Positions 19,574 through 29,033 of a DNA stretch of 64,000 nt are shown piece by piece. The translations under genes and the position numbers were made by a program. The DNA lies in IMG/VR virus record IMGVR_UViG_3300030339_000025; one strand, 5' to 3'. Each line of letters begins with the position of its first letter. Positions within the stretch are counted from its first letter, which is position 1. A model generated the notes under the pieces. It had not been told where the DNA came from and did not search any database. It saw only the letters and a program-made list of their open reading frames with translations. The DNA comes from a virus.

Positions 19574-20179
19574 ATGGAAAAATTTACGCAAATAGAAGAT
19601 AAACCAATTATACCTGATGAAGAGATTTTATTTAATGGAAAATTTTTAGATGTTATTAAATATAAAGAAACAGAAATTCTACAAGTTAAAGATAAGATTG
19701 CAATATTACCATATTTTAGAGACGAAGCAACATTTTTAATGAGATTAGAATATCTTCCTGCCTATCAATATAAAAATATAGATAAATCTAATCTTAAAAG
19801 AATTACAAATTATTTAACTATGATCACTGGAACAATGGAAGAAGGTGAAACTCCAGAAAAATCTATTAGAAGAGAATTATATGAAGAAGGTGGAGTACTT
19901 ATAAACAATTTATTTCAATTTGAAATTGAAGGCCCATATTTTCTAGATAAATATAGCACAAGTCAAGTTTGGATTTGCTTATTAGAATTACCAGTTAATA
20001 CTTATCGTCAAATTAAGCCTCCTACCGATGGTTCTAAAATAGAAAAATTATCAAAATGTATTAGAGTTTCAATAGGCGATATTAATAGTATAGTTAATAA
20101 CGATTTGATTAGTAAATATTTAATTACAAAATTAATAAATAGAATTGCCACAAAAAATGATAATGAATATTATAACTAA
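19574..20179 (+). CDS. Nudix hydrolase
   Basis: Nudix box GTMEEGETPEKSIRRELYEEGGV; start moved to internal ATG at 19574 (MEKFTQ). Confidence 0.6.
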   Translation: MEKFTQIEDKPIIPDEEILFNGKFLDVIKYKETEILQVKDKIAILPYFRDEATFLMRLEYLPAYQYKNIDKSNLKRITNYLTMITGTMEEGETPEKSIRRELYEEGGVLINNLFQFEIEGPYFLDKYSTSQVWICLLELPVNTYRQIKPPTDGSKIEKLSKCIRVSIGDINSIVNNDLISKYLITKLINRIATKNDNEYYN

Positions 20180-20181
20180 TA

Positions 20182-20637
20182 ATGAAGTATTTAAAAAAAT
20201 ATGAAAATTTTAATAAGACCACTTATTATGAGTTTGATGCTATTAAATTTTATAATGATTTCAAAAAAATATTTCATAATGAAAGAGATAACAATTTTAG
20301 GTCTACTGATTTTTTTAAAAATTTAGACAAGTTAGTACCTAACTGGTTAACAGTTCCATTAGATGATACAGTTGAGAAATTAATTCAAGATATACTTATA
20401 AAAAATAGAAAAGTTGTATTTGTTGGTTTAAATGGTGATTTATATGATGGTAAAGTTACATATGTTAAATTTTTTTATTCGGTTTTTTTTAAAAAAATTA
20501 CTTATTCAATAATATTAGATGAAAAAAATAAGTTTATTGATGTTGATTTTACTAAACCAGTTAAGATATATGGAGAACCAACAGAAATAGAAAATATTGT
20601 TGATTTATATTCAAATACAAATAAATATAATATATGA
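20182..20637 (+). CDS. MKxIKxFE/KYNI-family protein (array 1, member 1)
   Basis: MKYLKKYENF...KYNI; stop fused to next start. Confidence 0.55.
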   Translation: MKYLKKYENFNKTTYYEFDAIKFYNDFKKIFHNERDNNFRSTDFFKNLDKLVPNWLTVPLDDTVEKLIQDILIKNRKVVFVGLNGDLYDGKVTYVKFFYSVFFKKITYSIILDEKNKFIDVDFTKPVKIYGEPTEIENIVDLYSNTNKYNI

Positions 20638-21122
20638 AATATTTAAAAAAATTTGAAATATTTGCTACAAATCCAAATCCAAGATTAGATGATCTTAAAA
20701 AGTTATTAAGTCATTTAGTAGAAATGTTTAAAGAATTAGGATATTATCATTTGCCAAAATATGATGAATTTGAATATGTTAATAATTTTTTTAGTAATAA
20801 AATAGGTTTATTTAGTCATTTAGACCGTGGACATCCTGGACATAATTGCTTTGATATTAATGGTGAGTTTTCTAATTCATTAATATTTTTATCAATTACA
20901 GAAAGAATTGGAAGTACAAATGATGATTTAGCAAATTTTATTCCTGAATATTTTAAAACTATAAAAGGATTAAAATTACATAGTGAAGATAATATGTTTT
21001 TTCAGGTAAATTTTGAAGTTGTTGATAATGTTGATAATATAATAAATAAAATATCAATAGAAGATTTTAAACAAAAATTACAATTAAAAAATATAATATA
21101 TGAAACATATAAAATTATTTGA
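20634..21122 (+). CDS. MKxIKxFE/KYNI-family protein (array 1, member 2)
   Basis: MKYLKKFEIF... Confidence 0.55.
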   Translation: MKYLKKFEIFATNPNPRLDDLKKLLSHLVEMFKELGYYHLPKYDEFEYVNNFFSNKIGLFSHLDRGHPGHNCFDINGEFSNSLIFLSITERIGSTNDDLANFIPEYFKTIKGLKLHSEDNMFFQVNFEVVDNVDNIINKISIEDFKQKLQLKNIIYETYKII

Positions 21123-21363
21123 AAATATAGATGATAAAAAACTTATCATTATGAGAGGTGATGATTGGGAAGGAGTTTATTATAATGGTAAATTATTATA
21201 TCAAGGACATTCTATTCGTTGGGATGAGGTATTAAAAAAATTAGGATATAATATAACGTCTAATTATATTGAAGATGATGATTGGGAGAATCTTAACTGG
21301 TCTTTATCAGAAAATATAGAAGATGTAGAAATGATAATAAATTCTAAAAAATATAATGTATAA
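21100..21363 (+). CDS. MKxIKxFE/KYNI-family protein (array 1, member 3)
   Basis: MKHIKLFENI...KYNV. Confidence 0.55.
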   Translation: MKHIKLFENIDDKKLIIMRGDDWEGVYYNGKLLYQGHSIRWDEVLKKLGYNITSNYIEDDDWENLNWSLSENIEDVEMIINSKKYNV

Positions 21364-21366
21364 AAT

Positions 21367-21672
21367 ATGAGATATATAAAAACATTTGAATTTTTTTCAA
21401 CTGAAACAGGGCAAGCATTAGATTATGAAGAAGGTGATATTGTGATTTGTTCTGATGATAAATACAATCCGACAGGTAAATATTTCGCAATAGATAAAGG
21501 TGATAAATACAAAGTTCTAAAAATATATAAATTGCCAGAAGATAAATTTTTAAAAAAAGATTATATGAGAGTTGATGTTGTAAATTTAGAAACTAATGAA
21601 ATTACAAAGGGTTGGGAGTCAACAAGATTTAAGACGACCCTTGAATTTGATGTTGATAAATATAATTTATAA
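21367..21672 (+). CDS. MKxIKxFE/KYNI-family protein (array 1, member 4)
   Basis: MRYIKTFEFF...KYNL. Confidence 0.55.
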   Translation: MRYIKTFEFFSTETGQALDYEEGDIVICSDDKYNPTGKYFAIDKGDKYKVLKIYKLPEDKFLKKDYMRVDVVNLETNEITKGWESTRFKTTLEFDVDKYNL

Positions 21673-21675
21673 AAT

Positions 21676-21966
21676 ATGAAACATATAAAAAAATTTGAAA
21701 ATGTGTATTCCATAAAAAAAGATAACTTATCTATTTTCAAAAATAAATATAAAGATTTTAAAGAAGGTAAATATGTTAAATTTAATGCTAATATTAAGTT
21801 TAATTTGGATGATTATGATGAGATTTTTAGAATAGATTCAATTTCTGAACCAACTTTGCAAGTCTGGGTAAAGTCACTTGAAACAAATAATCATCATTGG
21901 ATTTTATTAAAAAATTTACGATTATTAACAGAATTAGAATTAAATGCATTAAAATATAATATATAG
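21676..21966 (+). CDS. MKxIKxFE/KYNI-family protein (array 1, member 5)
   Basis: MKHIKKFENV...KYNI. Confidence 0.55.
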   Translation: MKHIKKFENVYSIKKDNLSIFKNKYKDFKEGKYVKFNANIKFNLDDYDEIFRIDSISEPTLQVWVKSLETNNHHWILLKNLRLLTELELNALKYNI

Positions 21967-21969
21967 AAT

Positions 21970-22164
21970 ATGAAACACTTAAAAACATTTGAAAATTTAT
22001 TTCCTGAGATTAATCCAATAGAATTTGTTGCACCTACAAGAGAGCATCCATCATATAAAAATGAAGAAAGAAAGAAAAAAAGAAAAAAAATTGGTGAAAT
22101 TGAGCCAGTTATGATGCCGCCTAATCACACAAAAGATGTTATTTCATTTAAAGGAAAGCCTTAA
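21970..22164 (+). CDS. MKxIKxFE-family protein (array 1, member 6; short, basic tail)
   Basis: MKHLKTFENLF... Confidence 0.45.
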   Translation: MKHLKTFENLFPEINPIEFVAPTREHPSYKNEERKKKRKKIGEIEPVMMPPNHTKDVISFKGKP

Positions 22165-22177
22165 ATATAATAAAAAA

Positions 22178-22912
22178 CTATATATAATTTAATTTTAAAT
22201 TACCATTATAATCTTCTATTATATAACTACAGTTTTCAATAAAATCACCAGTGTTATAATATTCATGTTTTATTATTTTAGGTGAATGTGTATGCCCCAT
22301 TAATATAGAATTGCAATTTACTTCTTTAAGTTTTAGTTTAGAAATTTTTTCATATTCATTAATATATTTAATAGCATTTTTAACTTTTGATTTTAGATAG
22401 GATGAAAGACTCCAATAATTAAGTCCAAATATTTTTCTAAAAAAATTATATACTTTATTTATTTTTATTGATAATTCATATGCGGTATCACCTAACCAAT
22501 ATATAAATGTATGCATTCTAATAAATCCATCAAATTGATCACCATGAGTTATGTATATTTTTTCAGTTTCAGTTTCATATATATAGTCATCACAAATTAA
22601 TATATTGCCAAGATAAATGTTAGTACTGTCTATTATATTTCTTATATACATATCATGATTACCAATTATATAATATATATTAACATCTTTAGAATATTTT
22701 AAAATTTTTTGTATAACTTCTAAGTGCGTTTCATTCCAACTAAATTTTTTCCTTTTCATATAGGTCATATCTATAATATCACCTATTAAAAAAAGATTTT
22801 TAAATTCATATTTTTTAAATACTTCTAATATTTTATCTGCCTGAGAGTTTTTATTTCCTAAATGTAAATCACTTATAAATAGTGATTTTATTTTTATTTT
22901 TTCTTGTTTCAT
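22178..22912 (-). CDS. calcineurin-like metallophosphoesterase (LpxH-like)
   Basis: FISDLHLG ... IGDIID ... GNHD motifs. Confidence 0.55.
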   Translation of the reverse strand: MKQEKIKIKSLFISDLHLGNKNSQADKILEVFKKYEFKNLFLIGDIIDMTYMKRKKFSWNETHLEVIQKILKYSKDVNIYYIIGNHDMYIRNIIDSTNIYLGNILICDDYIYETETEKIYITHGDQFDGFIRMHTFIYWLGDTAYELSIKINKVYNFFRKIFGLNYWSLSSYLKSKVKNAIKYINEYEKISKLKLKEVNCNSILMGHTHSPKIIKHEYYNTGDFIENCSYIIEDYNGNLKLNYI

Positions 22913-23601
22913 TAAAAATAATTTATTTTTTCTTTATAATAATTCTCATTATTTTTATTTACTAGTGTCTTATAAAATAATTTTATAACACCAAAATATC
23001 CTATTTTTTTAAATCTTCTATCATCAGAATACACAAATGAATTTACTATATTAAACTTTTTTTTATTTATTTTCCTGCTTAAATTGTAATCCTCAGCGTA
23101 TTGATCATATTTATTAAATCCTTCCAATTCATCAAATTTACTTTTTCTAATAAAAAAGTACATACCAGTTGCAAATGGTTTGTCAAATTTTGATAAAAAT
23201 TGAAATTTATTATTAATAATATAAATGAGATTTGCTATTTTATTATTTCTACATGATATGTTAGTAGTTATTAAATCTAAATTATTATTATTTATTAGGG
23301 TTATTGATTTTTGTAATAAATTATTATCCTTTATAGTTATATCAGCATCTATAAATAGTATAAATTTAGATTTACTTTTTTTTGCACCATTATTTCTGCC
23401 AACTCCAGGCAAACCACCTTTAACTATTTTTATTTTGTGTGATATTTTGTGTGATAAAATATTAAGTATAGTAAAATCAGTAGAATCTGCATCTGCTATA
23501 ATTATATCAAAATCTTGAAAAGATTGTTGTTTTAAACAATCTAATAGACTTACTATATTATTTTCTTCATTTTTTACTGGAATTACAATGGACAAAATCA
23601 T
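22912..23601 (-). CDS. glycosyltransferase family 2
   Basis: SIVIPVKNEE ... DIIIADADSTD (DxD). Confidence 0.6.
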   Translation of the reverse strand: MILSIVIPVKNEENNIVSLLDCLKQQSFQDFDIIIADADSTDFTILNILSHKISHKIKIVKGGLPGVGRNNGAKKSKSKFILFIDADITIKDNNLLQKSITLINNNNLDLITTNISCRNNKIANLIYIINNKFQFLSKFDKPFATGMYFFIRKSKFDELEGFNKYDQYAEDYNLSRKINKKKFNIVNSFVYSDDRRFKKIGYFGVIKLFYKTLVNKNNENYYKEKINYF

Positions 23602-23667
23602 ATATTATATATATGGGAAATACATAAAATATACTTGAAAATCAGTTAAGTTTTGGTTACAATTTGG

Positions 23668-23946
23668 TTACACTCCAGTTACTTTTAATATATTTTCTAA
23701 TTTTAATTTTCTTTCTTCTTTAATATTAATAAAATAATCATGGAAATATATTTCATTTTCTCCGATATATCCTTCTACATATTCAGTTGATTTATTTAGT
23801 CTAAACCTATAATCACTAAAAGGTATATCTTCATTATCATTTATTGTTATAAAGTCATTTGGCTCAAACACAGAGCTTATTCTAATAACTTCATATAATT
23901 TACCTTCGATAAATCCAAAATATGTTTTTTTACAAAATACTTTCAT
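23668..23946 (-). CDS. hypothetical protein
   Basis: 92-aa ORF; C-term KEERKLKLENIL tail motif. Confidence 0.3.
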   Translation of the reverse strand: MKVFCKKTYFGFIEGKLYEVIRISSVFEPNDFITINDNEDIPFSDYRFRLNKSTEYVEGYIGENEIYFHDYFINIKEERKLKLENILKVTGV

Positions 23947-24202
23947 TAATTTTAATTAATTTTTCTTTTCTTGAGAAAGATTTAATTCTATATATTTTAA
24001 ATATTTCTTCTGATTTATATAAATGATGCTCTGTTGCTTCATATTCCCCCCATTCTTCAATACAATGATAATTATCATTCCATCCAGATTTAAAAATAGT
24101 TAAAGATACTGCATTATCTTCATCATGATATTTATAAAAATGTGTAGATTTATATTGAATAAAATTATATTTAGCATTATTAACCGGAACTATCATTCCC
24201 AA
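23930..24202 (-). CDS. hypothetical protein
   Basis: 90-aa ORF. Confidence 0.3.
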   Translation of the reverse strand: MGMIVPVNNAKYNFIQYKSTHFYKYHDEDNAVSLTIFKSGWNDNYHCIEEWGEYEATEHHLYKSEEIFKIYRIKSFSRKEKLIKINESIL

Positions 24203-24666
24203 GTATTATAAGGAAATTTAATTAAATTACAATTATAATATTTTGAATCATTGCTAACTTCTTTTATTAGCCAAGATGGTGATAAAAAAAATTCATTTTC
24301 TTCTTTTAATTCAATTTCAGCAACTACAAGTCCTTTATTTTCACCAGAGAAAATATCAACATCCCAATGTTTTTTACCATATTCAATAACTGTCCGTTCT
24401 TTAATTATTGTTTTATCACACATTTTAAGTAGATCCTTAGCATCTTGAATAGGTATTTCATATTCAAATTCATCTCTAGAAATATTTTCAGTTTTACCTT
24501 TGATTGTAACAAATCCAGTTGTATCTTGTATTCTTATTCTGACTGTTATTCCATTATTACACAAATAGCCTTGTTCTATTTGATATTTATCAACTATTTC
24601 AATAGAACGAATTTCGGACATAAGTTTATATTTATCAACTATAAATTTTCTTTCAATTTCTTTCAT
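24193..24666 (-). CDS. CYTH-domain protein (CyaB-like class IV cyclase / triphosphatase fold)
   Basis: N-terminal EIERKFIV motif and acidic residues spaced as in CYTH. Confidence 0.5.
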   Translation of the reverse strand: MKEIERKFIVDKYKLMSEIRSIEIVDKYQIEQGYLCNNGITVRIRIQDTTGFVTIKGKTENISRDEFEYEIPIQDAKDLLKMCDKTIIKERTVIEYGKKHWDVDIFSGENKGLVVAEIELKEENEFFLSPSWLIKEVSNDSKYYNCNLIKFPYNTWE

Positions 24667-24982
24667 TATCTATTTTATTTAATTTTATTTTTCTAATTTC
24701 TTTTTTTGTATAAAAATAATCTTCAAAATTTGGAAGATATAAATTGTGAATTTCGTTAGTTGAGATAAATGACCATCCTTCATGTGGTGTTTCTTTTCCA
24801 CGAAATACCAAATTAATAATATTATACATAATAACATTAGTAATGTTATTTTCTTTATTCCAGTGTGTGATTTTTTCTATATTATATGTTTTATTTTTAA
24901 GAAAAAGTATGTTAGTATTTTTTACTTTGTAATTTTTCTTACATAAAACTTTATCTCCAATATTAAAATCAATTTTGACCAA
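24653..24982 (-). CDS. hypothetical protein
   Basis: 109-aa ORF; C-term KKEIRKIKLNKI. Confidence 0.3.
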   Translation of the reverse strand: MVKIDFNIGDKVLCKKNYKVKNTNILFLKNKTYNIEKITHWNKENNITNVIMYNIINLVFRGKETPHEGWSFISTNEIHNLYLPNFEDYFYTKKEIRKIKLNKIDNERN

Positions 24983-25478
24983 TTTCTAATATTTTTTTAA
25001 GTTTTTGTTTTCTAACTTCTTTTATACTATCCTCACTTTCAAGCCATTCTATGTCAGAAGTCTTTCTTAGAGATGAAAATTTAGTTCTCATAGTTCTTTT
25101 TACATAATCAAATTGAGTATTATCAAATCCAGATATTAATTCAACATCAGTTAGTTCAATTTTAGACATACCATTAGTGTATCTATCTAATTCTTTAACA
25201 TATAAAATACATCTATATAGTTCACCTGGCGAATTATTTTTATAATCTTCAGGAGACATAAGATTGACGGTGTTATCATAATAACCTTTTCTATTAGACA
25301 TAGTTAATTCTTTTTTTAAGTTATTAAAATTTTCTAATAGTGTTGAGTAGTTTAATTCGGTTTTTTGTAAATTTGAATTAGTTTGTGAACATTTTTTTAT
25401 AATTTTTATATATAAAACAAGAAAGAGTATGCTTGTTGAAAAACATACTCCTAAAGCTATTAAGATCAAAACTGACAT
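24969..25478 (-). CDS. membrane-anchored protein, paralogue of 33311..33706
   Basis: N-terminal TM helix; shared YTNGMSKIELTD ... IEWLESEDSIKEVRKQKLKKI with 33311..33706. Confidence 0.4.
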   Translation of the reverse strand: MSVLILIALGVCFSTSILFLVLYIKIIKKCSQTNSNLQKTELNYSTLLENFNNLKKELTMSNRKGYYDNTVNLMSPEDYKNNSPGELYRCILYVKELDRYTNGMSKIELTDVELISGFDNTQFDYVKRTMRTKFSSLRKTSDIEWLESEDSIKEVRKQKLKKILEIGQN

Positions 25479-25545
25479 ATATTATATTTTTTAATTCATC
25501 TTTTATATTAAAAATTTCTATTCAAGTTTAATTTTATTTTTTATT

Positions 25546-26421
25546 TTAAAAATTCATTTCAACATTCACATCAAATCCAACGCTCTCTTTCATCCTTACT
25601 TCAGCCATTTTCATAATTAATTGTAAATCTGAAAGTGATGCTTTGTTCATTAGAGCACAAATACTTTCTACAATAGTTTTCAATTTTTCTTGATAAGATT
25701 GAAATTTATGATCAAAAAGACCACGAATATAAGAATCTTGATTATCAATTTCGTTTTCATTCAATATAATACTTTCACTCATATCAATAGCACAATTACC
25801 TTTGATCATAATTGAATTGAAGCCAGTTTTAAAAACTAGTATTTTATTATTTTGACGACAAAGATTTTTTGCGGTTTTAATTGCATCATAATCTTGTTTC
25901 ATTTGGTCTGCATAAGACTCACCATCAAAAATACGAACATCAACAATTATTCTATTTTCATCAACACAAACAATTAATATCTTTTTTGTTTTATCCCAAA
26001 TATTTGATTCAAAGAAATTTGGTTCCGAATTCAAATATGAACTAATATTTGTGTCACCACCAGTCCTCATTTGAGCGTTTTTCTTATTAAAATGTACTTT
26101 TATTTCTTTGACTTCAAATAGACCTTTGAAATCCATACCACGTTCATTTTTAGGTAATTCTCTATCAAGCAATAGAGCTATAATATTTTCAACAAATCCT
26201 GATGCTTTAACATCAAGTTTATTTTCTCTAAAAATACGGAAAGCAACATCAAGATTGATACCTTTGAGTAACTGAAGTTTTTCAATAATTTCGTTTGCAA
26301 TTTTCATAATATTTCTTTGTATTTTACAAGCCACCAAACCTATAATCAGTAGTAATATTAAGTACTGATCGTATTGATTCTGCTGCAAATTTGAAACCTT
26401 TACCATTTTCATCAACAGCAT
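25546..26421 (-). CDS. hypothetical protein, possible PD-(D/E)xK nuclease
   Basis: GMDFKGLFEVKEIK resembles D...ExK; weak. Confidence 0.25.
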   Translation of the reverse strand: MLLMKMVKVSNLQQNQYDQYLILLLIIGLVACKIQRNIMKIANEIIEKLQLLKGINLDVAFRIFRENKLDVKASGFVENIIALLLDRELPKNERGMDFKGLFEVKEIKVHFNKKNAQMRTGGDTNISSYLNSEPNFFESNIWDKTKKILIVCVDENRIIVDVRIFDGESYADQMKQDYDAIKTAKNLCRQNNKILVFKTGFNSIMIKGNCAIDMSESIILNENEIDNQDSYIRGLFDHKFQSYQEKLKTIVESICALMNKASLSDLQLIMKMAEVRMKESVGFDVNVEMNF

Positions 26422-26713
26422 TTACTGGGAATTTTGGAGCTTTTGTATTAAGTTCGGTGATTGTGAAATTGACACCTCTGTTTGTGAAAGTTTTTCCGAT
26501 TATGTCTTCTGGCAAATTAAGCATTTGATAAATATAAGAACTGTACTTTTTAACTGCATTTACAACTTCAACTTTCATTTTCATTGTAAAATCATTTTCT
26601 CCTAGAATACCACCGTTATTTTTAATGGATACACCGTACTTTTTTGCGATATTTTCTAATGCAATTTGTGATTCTTCTGAGATTTTCTTGGCTAAGTTTT
26701 TATCAAATGACAT
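26324..26713 (-). CDS. hypothetical protein
   Basis: 129-aa ORF overlapping downstream gene start region. Confidence 0.25.
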   Translation of the reverse strand: MSFDKNLAKKISEESQIALENIAKKYGVSIKNNGGILGENDFTMKMKVEVVNAVKKYSSYIYQMLNLPEDIIGKTFTNRGVNFTITELNTKAPKFPVNAVDENGKGFKFAAESIRSVLNITTDYRFGGL

Positions 26714-26770
26714 AGTATGTGTTTAATTGTTTAATAGTACAAAGATAAGGAAAAATTTTGATATGACAAA

Positions 26771-27343
26771 TTATTTGAACATTTTTTCTTCAACTAATTC
26801 ACAAATAATATGACCTATCATGATATGAGACTCCTGAATTCTTGGTGTATCAGTTGATGGCACATTAATTATATAATCACTTAATTTTTCAATATTACCA
26901 CCAATTCCAGTAAATGCTATAGTTAGCATACCTCTTTCTTTTGCAATTTCAAAGGCTTTAATGATGTTTGTAGAATTGCCAGATGTAGATATTCCTACTA
27001 ATATATCATTCTTCGTTCCCATCGCCTGTACAAGACGTGAATATATTACATCAAATGAATAGTCATTTGCAACAGCAGTTACATAGGAAGAATTTACATG
27101 TAATGCTTCAGCAAATAATGGTGGTCTATCAAAATAAAATCTACCAGACAATTCTGCTGCAATATGTTGTGCATCAGAAGCACTACCACCATTTCCACAA
27201 AAAAGAACTTTCCCACCATTTTGATAGCAATTAACAATTATTTCTACTATATTTTCAATAGTTTTAAGTAATTTATCATCACTATAAATTGTTTCTTTGA
27301 CACTTATTGAGTGCCGTATTATATTTTTAATCTTTTTTTGCAT
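26771..27343 (-). CDS. gmhA: SIS-domain phosphoheptose isomerase
   Basis: GGKVLFCGNGGSASDAQHIAAEL nearly identical in pattern to GmhA/DiaA signature. Confidence 0.8.
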   Translation of the reverse strand: MQKKIKNIIRHSISVKETIYSDDKLLKTIENIVEIIVNCYQNGGKVLFCGNGGSASDAQHIAAELSGRFYFDRPPLFAEALHVNSSYVTAVANDYSFDVIYSRLVQAMGTKNDILVGISTSGNSTNIIKAFEIAKERGMLTIAFTGIGGNIEKLSDYIINVPSTDTPRIQESHIMIGHIICELVEEKMFK

Positions 27344-27652
27344 TTATAAATTATATTTTCTTATATAATCATATTCATATTTTAATTCTTCAGCATATTT
27401 CCAAAAACTTTCTATTGGCACCCAATTATCTTCTTCTTCTTTAAATTTTGTATAGGTAGTTTCACCAATATGTCGTCTATCTCCAGTTGACCAAATTCCT
27501 TTATCTTCAACATAATGTACCGAACCTTCTTTTATAAAGGTGATTCTATTTAACCAATGATATGATCTATGAGCAGTTATCGTTATATCTGATTTTTTGT
27601 ACCAATATCTTTCACCAAATTCATTTAACCAATATTTTTTATCTTCAGTCAT
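27344..27652 (-). CDS. hypothetical protein
   Basis: 102-aa Trp/Tyr-rich ORF. Confidence 0.3.
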   Translation of the reverse strand: MTEDKKYWLNEFGERYWYKKSDITITAHRSYHWLNRITFIKEGSVHYVEDKGIWSTGDRRHIGETTYTKFKEEEDNWVPIESFWKYAEELKYEYDYIRKYNL

Positions 27653-27771
27653 ATATTATTTATTTTTATTAACAATATCTTTATCAGCAACATCTTCATT
27701 TTCTACATATTCTTGTTCTTGCTGAAAATTATTAATTTTTGGTAAATACCAATCAACTACATATATATGAT

Positions 27772-28335
27772 TTAATTCTTCCATAATTTATTGAGTCTTT
27801 TTAATTTTTTTAATCTCTCTTCTTTTATATCATTCAATTCAAATTTGTTTATGATATTTTTTAATAAATATGCATTATCATTACTATCAAATACAATTAT
27901 TTTATTAATGTAACTTGTATTAGTTTTACTATTTCTTAATAATTGAAAAATAATATTCCATTTAGAAGGGGTTAATGTTGTTGTATCTTTTAACACCATT
28001 AATTCGTAAACTTCATTTTTAATAAAACTACAATAATTTATTTTTGCTTTAACAGTTTTTAATTTAGTAGTATAATTTTCTAATATCTGTTTTTCTATTT
28101 TTTTGAATTTTTTATTATACTTAATAGAATTTATAATAAATGGAATATAAAATATAAAATTAAAAAAAACTGAGAAAATAATATATAAAGGACTAAATTT
28201 ATAATTTTTGATTATGAAATATTTAATTATTTCGATAATAATTATGATAAAAGGCAAAATAATACTTGCACGTTTTATATAATCATATTGTTCTCTAAAC
28301 GTCCATTTATCATCAATATATCTTAAAAGTCTCAT
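27772..28335 (-). CDS. membrane protein
   Basis: two predicted TM segments; C-term KEERLKKLKRL tail. Confidence 0.3.
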   Translation of the reverse strand: MRLLRYIDDKWTFREQYDYIKRASIILPFIIIIIEIIKYFIIKNYKFSPLYIIFSVFFNFIFYIPFIINSIKYNKKFKKIEKQILENYTTKLKTVKAKINYCSFIKNEVYELMVLKDTTTLTPSKWNIIFQLLRNSKTNTSYINKIIVFDSNDNAYLLKNIINKFELNDIKEERLKKLKRLNKLWKN

Positions 28336-28514
28336 TTTGATCTATATGTTTCTTCAAAACACATTTCTAATGCTAATTTAACATTGTTTAATGATAAATA
28401 TTTATTTGATTCAGTTAAACTTCCTTCTGTATTTAATTCAATTTCTACAAAATTACTTTTACAAAAATCATCCAATTTTTTAATAACATCTTGCTTAATT
28501 TCTTCTTTTGTCAT
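28332..28514 (-). CDS. hypothetical protein
   Basis: 60-aa ORF. Confidence 0.2.
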   Translation of the reverse strand: MTKEEIKQDVIKKLDDFCKSNFVEIELNTEGSLTESNKYLSLNNVKLALEMCFEETYRSK

Positions 28515-28921
28515 TTTATTTTCTTTGTATATTTTCTTTTTGCTAATATTAACGCACTATTAGGCTTTGATGGATTTGATAATTCATTAAAAAAAACTTT
28601 TGCGTCTTTTTCAGATTTTAATATGGTAGGTTTCTTTTTAGTTGTAGTTTTCTTTTCAGTTATGATTTTAGGTTTCTTTTCAGTTATTATTTTAGGTTTC
28701 TTTTCAGAAACTTTATGATAAGGACGAAATTCTGTAATTCCTAATTCATTTAAACATTTTTCACAATAAATCGTAGTATAATCACGATCAGGTACTTGTG
28801 CAACAAATAAATTTTTTGCATCAAAATCTCCAATACATTCTGAGCAAATATGAGTTGTACATTTTGTTTTTTTTGATACTACTTTTTTAGGATACATTTT
28901 TATTGTTTTTAAGTGAAGCAC
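28511..28921 (-). CDS. zinc-ribbon protein with tandem EKKPKIIT repeats
   Basis: CxxC...CxxC pairs; 27-bp DNA tandem repeat x3 at ~28640-28710 encodes the repeat. Confidence 0.4.
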   Translation of the reverse strand: MLHLKTIKMYPKKVVSKKTKCTTHICSECIGDFDAKNLFVAQVPDRDYTTIYCEKCLNELGITEFRPYHKVSEKKPKIITEKKPKIITEKKTTTKKKPTILKSEKDAKVFFNELSNPSKPNSALILAKRKYTKKIK

Positions 28922-29033
28922 AAAGATACGGCTTTTATTCAGAATAAAAAATTAATATATAATTAAAAAAATAAAAATCGCTTGGAGCATTTTAGCACCT
29001 AAAATATTTTATATATACTTAAAAAAATAAATT

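Noticed and set aside
22178-22912. Specific LpxH (lipid A) assignment
   Set aside because: Only generic calcineurin-like phosphoesterase motifs are visible. LpxH-specific regions cannot be verified by eye.
28600-28720. Possible CRISPR array from the direct repeats
   Set aside because: The repeats are contiguous with no unique spacers, lie inside a coding frame and encode a peptide repeat. There is no cas gene nearby.
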